From positions 363,111 through 385,603 of the forward strand of contig NW_014577073.1 in NCBI RefSeq assembly GCF_000485595.1: DNA of 22,493 nucleotides, written 5' to 3'. The notes below the pieces were generated by a model that did not search any database, was not told the DNA's origin, and saw nothing but the letters and a program-made list of their open reading frames with translations. Every line of letters begins with the position of its first letter. Positions within the stretch are counted from its first letter, which is position 1. Positions 10,782 to 19,026 of the stretch are shown piece after piece. Made by a program: the position numbers and the translations under genes. The stretch is from Priapulus caudatus. Taxonomy: Eukaryota.

Positions 10782-13700
10782 TACACTATATATATAGTGT
10801 CCCCTGCATTGACACGAGCGAGGCGGCCCGTCTCGCTCAAATTCTCAGCCGCCACACAGACATTTATCCAAAACACCGCCTCGCTGACGAAAATTTCATA
10901 CAATGTGTTCAGAATATCTTAGAATGCACCAAATTGCACCATTTTGTCAAAATTTAGCAGGGGGCATGCTGCTGGACCCCCCTCGCCTTGCTAGGACCTC
11001 GAAACGCGCAAACACACCAAAAAAATTTACCACCTCAGACCTTTTTGGCCGGGGGAAACACTGTATATACATACATATATTAAACACCACAGTGAAGTGG
11101 ATTGCATATTTTCCTGTTCTATATGTAGACAAGCAGGTGCTGGAAGATTGCAGGAAAATAGTAGGTGATGCAACCTACACGCCGACCGACGCCAAAGAAC
11201 TCTGCTCTCGCATCTTCACCACCTGCTACATGGGCACGGAGAATTCGTCGCACGTTACCAAACAGCGATCGAAAGATCTGGCATCTCAGATCGGGAGGTG
11301 AGTGTCAAAACCTGGCTACATTATTCTACTACTATATCGCTATCCAGTTTAGCTAAATGACGATTAGGTTCACTCCGGGTCACGATGCAAGTGCATTCTG
11401 CATCTCTCTCCTGTGAAACTCTGTTGCTCAAGTTTTTTATCTATCACCTGAACGTGGTGATCAACGTGATGTCGTGCGCGTTAGTCCTCTCCTGTGAAAC
11501 TCCGTCACTCGATTTTCCAGCTATCACCTGAACGTGGTGATCGACGCGGCGGTGATGGCCGTCATCGGGATTTTCACGACCTTCACCGGCCTCGTGCCTC
11601 GCTTCAAGGTGAAAGGCGGCACCGTGCGTGAGAATCTCGCCCTGCAGAACGTACAGGTGAGTTCCTGCATCCGTGGACGCGTGCGCAGCGCATCTCTCCG
11701 TGATGCTGCGTAAGATGGAAGCAGTGATTTCGCTGTAAGAGATGCGTATAGTGTAGTACGGTATGTGGTATGCAGTATACAGTATACGGTATGCAGTACG
11801 GTATGCAGTACGATATGTTTATGTAACTGAGTTTTTTTAGTCACAAATAAGTTATCACGTCTTGTTAATGATTCCTATTTGGATGTTGCTTGTGTTATGC
11901 CACCACACCGTGCGTGGCAAGGATTTCGCGTGCCGTGCTTGGATTTGTTGGTAATCATGTTTGTTAGGATTCTGGCTCAAGAGATTACAATTCCTAATCG
12001 CGTGGATTTTAAAATATTTTTTGGCTGATATTTGTCGTGAATCTAAGAGAGTTTCTTCATTGCAGGCGAGGTTACGGATGGTATTGGCATACCTCTTTGC
12101 CCAACTGACGCTCTGGGCACGGGGCAGACCCGGTGGACTTCTAGTGCTAGGCTCCGGAAATGTCGATGAAGGGTAAAAAACTATGCACGAACTCAATATT
12201 GTTTAAAATAGAGAGCGATAGAGAGAGAGAGAGTGACATGTGATTCAGAGCATGTGATTCGACGAATTTTTTACTGTGATTAGATGCTGCACACTTTTCA
12301 GTATGCAAGATGGTTGTCTGGTGGGATTCCTAGGATTGACACTGTCATCAAGTGCCATACGAGTTACATTTTAGGAGAAATTGCTGTATACATACTGAAC
12401 TCACGTAGCAGAGAAGGTGGGCAGCCTAGTGCTAGCTGTTTGCCGCTGCCGTAGTATAAGCATTTGTTTCATGACTGCGGTAAAATAACGTTCTCTGTAC
12501 ACAGACTGCGAGGCTACATGACCAAGTACGACTGCTCCAGCGCGGACATCAGCCCGATAGGCGGAATCAGCAAGACCGATCTGAAATGCTTTCTCAAGTA
12601 CTGCGTCAATACGTACGGCTTTACGGCGTTGACAGAGTAAGTTCTCCACGAGTCATGTTCGTGCCGTGGTTCCTGTCCTGTTATCGTTACTGCACGTCTC
12701 TCCGTCATTCGCGTCAGCTGTCAATGTGGAGCCTCTGTGTTGGTAGCGTCTAACTCACGAACGTGCGGACTGGTGAGTGATGCAGAGATGCCAACCACTA
12801 CGATTTATTCGTATTTTATACGAATTTCTATTCCTTTTGCACCACTACGACCAGTTTGTATCAAACTACGAATTTCACTGTGATCGAAAAAGAATTTTTT
12901 TTTGTCAATTATTGTCATTTTTTGTCAATTTATTGTCATTTTTGACCCTCAGAATGCAGGAAATTGCATCTCAGAATCAAAAAAATTTCCGCGGAGCATG
13001 CCAGACCCCCCTAGCAAACTCGGGTCAATAAGTGAACCTCGAACTACTAATTTGATGGCCAGAAACTGCAGATTGCTTCAAATATGTGTTGGCATCTCTG
13101 TGCCACTGACGGTCAGTGGTTACCTTTGTGTTCACGAGAAAGGGCTACAAGCTGAGAACCTTGCATACAAACCAGGCCATGCTTCTCGAATTAGTTGAGT
13201 TTTGATTTCTGTGCGTCGAAGTACAAACATACGATGGTGTGATGAATTCTGCTCATAGTCTGGAGCATTACTGTATGAAATTGATCGGTTTCACACCGGC
13301 TTCAGTCCAATCGTGTAGTCTGTCACTGATGCTGCCACAATGAGACAATTCTTCCTGAATGTGTACAGCTTAGGGTCAAACTGCGCCTTCTCATGTGTAA
13401 GGACGTGAAAAAATCATATTAGTGTAAAAACATGGTTTGATATTGAACAATGTGAATATTTCACGAACCTAGATTAGATCGTTGTAACTTAAATTCGCAT
13501 TGCTGCCGTATTATGCGATGATTATATCGTTCTCCATTTCATGTTGCCAGCATACTAGATGCGCCACCGACGGCAGAGTTGGAGCCTCTCAGAGATGGAG
13601 AGATAGCACAGACAGACGAGGTATGTGTATTCTGCACGGTCTCGAATCGCTCTAGCATCTTATGACGATGGTCGGCAATGTTGTTGAACTTTCCCTGGCT

Positions 13701-14460
13701 CGGTCTTGAGAGTAAAAACAATGCATGGATCCGTTAATAAGTCCATGCTATGTCTTCAGTGAGAATACCAATAAAAAACCATTGGCTACTGTCGCTACGT
13801 TGTAGGGATTATGTGCATAATATATTGCCCCGCCTAGTGTGCTTCCCTTCAAACACGGTTGAATTATGGAAAAAACATGGGACTGCCAGAGTCAGGCTGT
13901 GGTTCAAATCCACAATTTAGAAATTTGATAAGGGTGTATGAACTTGTGGTTCAGTTTAGGTATGGGGTGAGAGGACACGCCATAATAACAAGGATTATGA
14001 TTAATATATGAACAATGTGGACTAGTAATGTGGTAGCATATTGTCTCAGCTGCATACGTGAAAACAAGAAAATATAGCATAGAGCGGTTCCGGCATTGTA
14101 ACCTTTCACACTTTCATAAATTCTTTTCTACCGATAACTTGGCATCATGCTGCAGCTATGTCATAGACTGGTGCCTGTTAGACGTTTGCCATTCGTTGCC
14201 TACATCTCATCTGTGTGTCTGTGATCAGGAGGACATGGGTATGACCTACGACGAGTTGTCAGTCTATGGTCGGCTGAGGAAGCAGGATAAGTGCGGTCCA
14301 TATAGCATGTTTGGAAAGCTCGTACACACATGGAGAGATAAATATCGAGTAGAAGAGGTAAACATTACCACGAGGCAAGCAAGTGTTGTACGGATTGTGT
14401 TTAATTACATTATTATTGTATTGTGTATATTACTGTGTATGTGCTGTGCATCATGTTCTA

Positions 14461-14500
<40 letters not shown>

Positions 14501-16497
14501 CGTGATTAATGATTTGACTGTTTAGTTTGATTTGGCGCAGAGTTATGCACTTGTATGCTCCACTAATCGCCCGTAGGTGTGTGCATGCTTACACACCACA
14601 AATGCATCTTCCCCGGCAGGTATGCGAAGGTCACCAATCATTAAATAGTTGGGCGATTCGTTTTGGAGTAATTTTCAAGTAATTGGAACTATGCCTAAGC
14701 AGTCATTCATCAGCAGCAAGGCATTTTAAAGTATTAGTCAAACCTTTTCATGTTAAGACTCTAACTTATAAAAACCCTAATACCCTTAATTCACCTCACA
14801 ATCATTTGCTTGCGAATTAATACGAAATTTTAATAGATTATTAGATTTTAGAATTCCATGAGGTTAACACAATATCTGTGGAATACTCGCTTACAGGTGG
14901 CGGAGAAGGTGAAGCACTTCTTTCGATGCTACGCGATCAACCGACATAAGATGACAACTCTGACGCCAGCCTACCACGCGGAGACCTACAGTCCCGACGA
15001 CAACCGCTACGACCATCGCCAGTTCCTCTACAATGCCAAGTGGACGTGGCAGTTCCGCGCCATTGACGTGCAGGTGAGCGTGCGAGAGCGTGTCGCCATC
15101 CCACTATATGAACTTGAATATACGGATAAAACGCGGACTAATCACGGAAATTATGCAAAACGCACGGAGAGCCACGCACTATTACGGAGCTAATCACAGT
15201 CCATAGCAAAATACACGGACTGCTACATATTAACTACGGACTGCCGTCTAATCTCTGAGAGTCCGTATCTACGTACATGGTACGTTAATTTCCCAGCCAG
15301 CGTGGCGCCCGCACACCAGCAGTGGAAGCTTCTGAAGCGGCCGAATGTTAACAGGTTCTGGCGCTCTAGCTATTTACCTGCTGTTTGCTGCCGCAATGGA
15401 CCTGCCTTAACAGTCTAATCTTGTCACAGAGAGTGTCGCCATCCAGAGGTCTCGTCCGTAACTACTCTGTTATGTAATATGCCGTCGGCAATGTCTGATG
15501 AGTAACTTTGTCAACCCCCCGACCCCCCCCCCAAGGCCGAACGTGGATGGTGTGCAGCGCGTATACTGTGACCCTCCACACAATAGGCTATGCAGATTTG
15601 CTTTCTCTCTCTCTCTCTCTCTTCCTCTCCCTCTCACTCTCCCTCCCCACTCTCTCTCTTTGCATATAGAGATATATACATACACATATGCATGTAAATT
15701 ATAAAATTTGTGTCTGGTTTCAAGGAAAACCGAGTTTTGTGCACTGAGAAAGTCACCATTGCCCGAAACCGTAGTAGTAAAGTATTTTGATCGGAATAAC
15801 GAAAAGCATTTCATCTTCTATAATCTTCTAGTGTAGAGTGCTCATGACACACAAACAGGGAGGAGGAGGAGGAGCAAGCAGAGGAGGAGGGGGAGGGGGA
15901 GGCAGCGGCGCACGCAGGGAGCGGGGCAGGGAGAAGACGTGGGAGAACTTCATAGAGGCCGACAAGACGAAGCACCTGCCGGCGAGCGCTCAGGCCGACG
16001 CCGGCCGCGGCGGCGCCCCCTCCCCGGACGCGGGCGAGGCCGGCGTTGCCGTGGCGACCGGCTCACGGCGGTCGGCGATGAAGCCGGCGAGCAGGCGGGT
16101 GACGTTCGCCGCCGACGACGACGTGCGGCTCGTGCGCTCACGGCCCGACGGCGTGTCGGCAGGGGGCGCCGTCGCAGACGGCGAGGCGGCCGACCTTGCG
16201 ACGCTGGGGAAGAACGCGCTGCTGAGGCTGCAGAAGGGCGGCGGCGGCAGCGGCGACGGCGGCGGCGAGGATCCGCGCAACCTCGCCGAGCCGCTGCCGA
16301 GCTACGCCGAGCACGTCAGCATGTACGGCGCGTCGTCGTCGGACACGGCTGCCGCGGGGACGCGGAAGCCCACCTACAGCAGCGTGTACGCGACGAGCGC
16401 GCGGCTTGCCAGCGCTCAACCCTTCCCTCCGCATCTCGTCAGGTCCGGCACGGCGCAGAGGGATCACCTCAACGTTATTAACCTGGGCGCCTGCTAA
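1893..16497 (+). CDS. NADSYN1: Glutamine-dependent NAD(+) synthetase, spliced and 5'-partial (18 coding exons in window; first coding exon not found)
   Basis: join(1893-1953,2422-2538,3392-3445,3814-3955,4621-4709,6977-7094,7330-7461,8472-8579,8829-8920,10492-10643,11129-11297,11521-11656,12066-12172,12505-12636,13551-13620,14229-14357,14897-15073,15832-16497). All introns are GT-AG with matching phases and no internal stops. The nitrilase-fold glutaminase triad is present (GPELE Glu, RPK Lys, ICEELW Cys), as are synthetase motifs [48 protein letters not shown] and [10 protein letters not shown]. Confidence 0.96.
2422..2538 (+). CDS. NADSYN1: NADSYN1 coding exon ([39 protein letters not shown])
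   Basis: ttgcag| and |gtatgt; conserved GYGCxDH..ESDT..HS. Confidence 0.95.
2830..3288. mobile_element. Tc1/mariner superfamily (pogo/Tigger-like) MITE
   Basis: 26-bp TIRs: cagtaaaaactcgcgtataagaacct (2830-2855) versus 3263-3288 with 2 mismatches; CAGT..ACTG termini; TA target-site duplication at 2828-2829 and 3289-3290. Confidence 0.88.
3392..3445 (+). CDS. NADSYN1: NADSYN1 coding exon ([17 protein letters not shown])
   Basis: ttctctcgtag| and |gtaagt; YNCRVIFLN motif. Confidence 0.95.
3814..3955 (+). CDS. NADSYN1: NADSYN1 coding exon (KILLIRPK...[11 protein letters not shown]...[15 protein letters not shown]; catalytic Lys)
   Basis: gcatag| and |gtattc; ILLIRPK and NYRExRWF motifs. Confidence 0.95.
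4037..4118. mobile_element. Probable terminal fragment of a non-autonomous DNA transposon (hAT-like) with GATAC subterminal repeats
   Basis: tagaggtgtaacgatacac followed by repeated (c)gatac motifs; a related end (gaatcgttacagccgta) occurs at ~2293-2309. No paired TIR or TSD confirmed. Confidence 0.35.
4413..4612. repeat. Compound (CT)n/(GT)n/(CTGT)n low-complexity tract ahead of the 4621 acceptor
   Basis: Directly visible; accounts for the spurious Ser/Leu/Pro-rich and Arg/Glu-rich ORFs here. Confidence 0.85.
4621..4709 (+). CDS. NADSYN1: NADSYN1 coding exon ([29 protein letters not shown]; catalytic Cys)
   Basis: ttattag| and |gtttgc; GxEICEELW nucleophile motif. Confidence 0.95.
4891..6905 (+). 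mobile_element. Helentron-associated non-autonomous element (HINE/DINE-1-like), copy A, ~2 kb, in a NADSYN1 intron
   Basis: 5' T-run, subTIR gctcatctgac (4897-4907) with adjacent partial inverted copy (4911-4922), cgtg/cgtc microsatellite, ~580-bp core homologous to 19316-19851 (reverse), 3' subTIR gttagatgagt (6870-6880), 3' hairpin agtgctgtcg-ctc-cgcggcact, then tgtttt. Confidence 0.75.
6977..7094 (+). CDS. NADSYN1: NADSYN1 coding exon ([39 protein letters not shown])
   Basis: ttttag| and |gtgata; LDGVEI.TN.SGS.H.LRK motif. Confidence 0.95.
7330..7461 (+). CDS. NADSYN1: NADSYN1 coding exon ([22 protein letters not shown]...[11 protein letters not shown])
   Basis: ctgcag| and |gtgagt; GCDGDRxYY motif. 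Confidence 0.95.
7641..8345. repeat. Intronic minisatellite, ~14-bp unit GGCTGTGACAACAG, with 55-bp and 40-bp higher-order repeats
   Basis: About 50 tandem unit variants. The variant ggctgcaacaacag recurs at 7668, 7723 and 7778 (period 55); a 40-bp unit occurs four times at 7871-8030. Confidence 0.95.
8472..8579 (+). CDS. NADSYN1: NADSYN1 coding exon ([36 protein letters not shown])
   Basis: ttgtag| and |gtgggc; [13 protein letters not shown] motif. Confidence 0.93.
8829..8920 (+). CDS. NADSYN1: NADSYN1 coding exon ([31 protein letters not shown])
   Basis: tctttcag| and |gtaaga; YHxPEEEI motif. Confidence 0.94.
9988..10160. repeat. Degenerate (ATCC/ATCT/GTCC)n tetranucleotide tract
   Basis: Directly visible; a shorter reverse-orientation (GGAT)n tract lies at ~10316-10360. 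Confidence 0.8.
10492..10643 (+). CDS. NADSYN1: NADSYN1 coding exon ([15 protein letters not shown]...LPLSGGVDS...; ATP-pyrophosphatase PP-loop)
   Basis: tttcag| and |gtatga; SGGxDS motif. Confidence 0.96.
10795..11063. mobile_element. hAT-like MITE inserted in a (TA)n tract
   Basis: Imperfect TIRs tagtgt--cccc (10795) and ggggaaacactg (ends 11063); flanking 8-mers tatatata/tatataca match 7/8 but are low complexity. Confidence 0.55.
11129..11297 (+). CDS. NADSYN1: NADSYN1 coding exon ([14 protein letters not shown]...[13 protein letters not shown]...LASQIG)
   Basis: atatgtag| and |gtgagt; TCYMxxxNSS motif. Confidence 0.95.
11521..11656 (+). CDS. NADSYN1: NADSYN1 coding exon ([11 protein letters not shown]...[14 protein letters not shown])
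   Basis: ttttccag| and |gtgagt; ENLALQNVQ motif. Confidence 0.96.
12066..12172 (+). CDS. NADSYN1: NADSYN1 coding exon ([35 protein letters not shown])
   Basis: ttgcag| and |gtaaaa; [14 protein letters not shown] motif. Confidence 0.96.
12505..12636 (+). CDS. NADSYN1: NADSYN1 coding exon ([27 protein letters not shown]...ALT)
   Basis: acacag| and |gtaagt; TKYDCSSAD motif. Confidence 0.96.
12783..13100. mobile_element. MITE with perfect 13-bp TIRs (possibly hAT-related)
   Basis: cagagatgccaac (12783-12795) and gttggcatctctg (13088-13100); subterminal (a)ctacga repeats; no 8-bp TSD evident. Confidence 0.7.
13551..13620 (+). CDS. NADSYN1: NADSYN1 coding exon ([23 protein letters not shown])
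   Basis: ttgccag| and |gtatgt; PTAELEP and QTDE motifs. Confidence 0.96.
14229..14357 (+). CDS. NADSYN1: NADSYN1 coding exon ([18 protein letters not shown]...GPYSMF...VEE)
   Basis: gatcag| and |gtaaac; EDMGMTY motif. Confidence 0.96.
14462..14498. repeat. (TA)n microsatellite
   Basis: Uninterrupted TA run; similar runs at ~10736-10794 and ~18718-18765. Confidence 0.95.
14897..15073 (+). CDS. NADSYN1: NADSYN1 penultimate coding exon (VAEKVKHFF...[15 protein letters not shown]...WQFRAIDVQ)
   Basis: ttacag| and |gtgagc; [10 protein letters not shown] and YSPDDNR motifs. Confidence 0.96.
15832..16497 (+). CDS. NADSYN1: Probable NADSYN1 terminal coding exon: 221-aa Gly/Ala/Ser-rich extension
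   Basis: Pyrimidine-rich acceptor tcttctataatcttctag| is in phase 0, matching the 15073 donor and in frame with ORF 15838-16497. Codons are strongly GC3-biased, and composition reverts to AT-rich after the TAA. No homology support for the tail itself. Confidence 0.7.
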   Translation, partial: CRVLMTHKQGGGGGASRGGGGGGGSGARRERGREKTWENFIEADKTKHLPASAQADAGRGGAPSPDAGEAGVAVATGSRRSAMKPASRRVTFAADDDVRLVRSRPDGVSAGGAVADGEAADLATLGKNALLRLQKGGGGSGDGGGEDPRNLAEPLPSYAEHVSMYGASSSDTAAAGTRKPTYSSVYATSARLASAQPFPPHLVRSGTAQRDHLNVINLGAC

Positions 16498-17948
16498 CGT
16501 CGCGCGCCGTCTTAATTTAGATGGAAGTGACGACGAAGACAGGTGTAGAGTTGGCCGCTGCGTGCAGGCAGGTGTTTTTCAGTTGGCCGCACGTTTAGTA
16601 ACAGTCGTAAAGGCTAAGCGTTGCTGTGGGAAGAGTTGGAAAGAAGTTTTCGATGCGACTGGTCGCAGAATTTTATGCATCAGTGCTGTTATTTTACATA
16701 GATTATTAATATTGCACATGATTAGTGCATTCTAATTCACTGCATATGTTGTAGCAATTTTGAAGTTACAAAAACGCAGCTATTTTTGGATAGATGTACG
16801 GTGTATTTATGGTGAAATTTCATGTTGGCAACGATGATGTGTATGACATTGATAAGGTCTCTGTCTGATTAAATATGCTACTGCATCTCACAGTGTCATA
16901 CTCAGTAAAATATGCCGTACCCACCTTTAGCTGTTAGAAAATTCTTTCTTTTGCATAAATTTAATGAGGAATCAGTATTTTACCAGTCTTCAACACAAAC
17001 TTGAAATGCGAGCTTTGTTTTAAGAATGTGAAACGTGTTTAGGCTCGTTTCAACCCTAAACATGTTCCATCTTCTAGAAAAATTCCCCCCTTTTTCAAGC
17101 TTGTGTTATAAACTGGAAAAATTAAGATTGGATGTTAATTTTGATGTACTACTGCTTGATGACAATGTTGCATAATATATCAGGTATGGAAAGTATGTGA
17201 GTTGCCTTGCATCGAGTGCTGTGGTGCCACTGTCACCCTCACATCCTTGTTTCTATAGTTGTATTTCAGTACATAAAGTATATACCAGAGGGTGTCTAAA
17301 TCCGGGTGTCTAATGATAAATTCAGCAAGAGAATGACCATATACCCAATTGACATTTTAGACAAGGCTCCATAAAAAAGCTGCAATGTTGCCTACAGATT
17401 CAATTGAGAGAATTGTTGCTTGAAAGGCTGCCGCAGTCCTGCCAATAATGTGCGTGAAAATTGGCAATCTTTTTCAATAAGCTTCGAGGCTTAGAGATAG
17501 TATTGGTACGTTTTCCTGTAGATAGTAATTCTCTTATCTGACGCGTTTCTTTACTACATTGCACTTTCAGTGGTATTCACGTCAGGATGAATATAAAGAC
17601 GTATATATCTAGATATCTTTATAGCATTCAGGGTCGTATTCACTGTTAATATTTCACTGAGTGATCGATCATACAGTGGGTGGCTAGGCAGACAATCGTC
17701 ATATTCATGTATACAGAGTTTGATTCGTGGGTCTAACGACTGGACTGCACAGAAGAATTGATACTTTTATTTATTTTCGCTAGTGGCACCTTTATTGTCG
17801 GTGTTTCTTTGATATTCCTCACCATTTGTGTCGGATGTGCGATTCCTCACGTGTGATTTATTGGCTTGTACATATCAACAGGGTAATGAGGTTTTATTGT
17901 ATAAGTTTATCAATGTATGTCTAATTATATTTTGGTACATGCCATGTA

Positions 17949-18717
17949 TATCAGGAGTAGATAATAGGGAAGGAGTGTGACATCAATAAACAAGGGAAAT
18001 TCGTCATTTACTAGCCTTATAATACCTACGATTTACTACGCGTAACTCATCCAACTTGAGCTCAAATCGGACACAGTACATTCGCCTAGCATCGTGCGAA
18101 ATCGTTTCCTCGTATACACCCGCAATCCGGAGATACAGACTAAAACGTACGACACGATTCTCCATTCTTTGGCCATCAATCCAAATCCATTGCGCGCCTC
18201 TAATTCAAACAAAAGGCAGCTACCTAACGCGCTATTGCTAACTCGGCGAGGCATGTGGCTCGCTGGGAGATTAGGCATCAACACTCGGCGAGATAACCTT
18301 TGACCCGGTACACAGCTACACAGGCCACCTCTGCACATAGCTGGCATGCCTTCACGCACGCACGCCAACCGCAATCAGCAGCAGCTGATCGGGCTCAAAT
18401 CTCCCAGCGAGCCACATTGCCCGCCGAGTTAGGTGTGGTTAGGTAGCTGCCTTTTGTTTGAATTAGAGGCGCGCAATGGATTTGGATTGATGGCCAAAGA
18501 ATGGAGAATCAAGTCGTACGTTTTAGTCTGTATCTCCGGATTGCGGGTGTATACGAGGAAACGATTTCGCACGATGCTAGGCGAATGTACTGTGTCCGAT
18601 TTGAGCTCAAGTTGGATGAGTTACGCGTAGTAATTCGTAGGTATTATAAGGCTAGTAAATGACGAATTTCCCTTGTTTATTGATGTCACACTCCTTCCCT
18701 ATTATCTACTCCTGATG
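17949..18717. mobile_element. Foldback-type element with very long terminal inverted repeats
   Basis: 17950-18228 versus 18438-18716: 279-bp arms with 3 mismatches. Further pairing of 18238-18272 with 18398-18432; ~125-nt spacer; flanked by TA at 17947-17948 and 18718-18719. Confidence 0.9.
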
Positions 18718-19026
18718 TATATATATATATATAAATATATGTATATATATATATTATATATATATGTGTGTGCATACACGTATTCTAGTTTTCGTGAAAT
18801 TACCATAATAACAGCAATTCAATTAGGTTCATTTAATGAAATGCATATAAACACATTTTGTGTGATATAGTATGATATATGACTAGTGATTTACTACTTA
18901 CAAGGTCTAGACTGTGTAGTTACTTTACTGATAGGAAGTTATGGAAAGGCAGTGTTGGCAGTTAGTGAAATAGATGCGATTCGTTAGATTTACTCTATTC
19001 ACCGTGGTCAGATCCCAGTACTGAAC

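Noticed and set aside
13239..13329. Candidate intronic box C/D snoRNA (GTGATGA...CTGA, ~90 nt)
   Set aside because: The terminal stem is mostly G-U and I could not recognise an rRNA or snRNA antisense guide; a snoscan or Infernal search would be needed.
15950..16467. Minus-strand ORFs overlapping the GC-rich last exon
   Set aside because: Expected stop-poor antisense shadows of GC-rich coding sequence.
18036..18630. Near-identical ORFs on opposite strands (18036-18374 minus, 18433-18630 plus)
   Set aside because: A by-product of the inverted repeat; no transposase or other recognisable domain.
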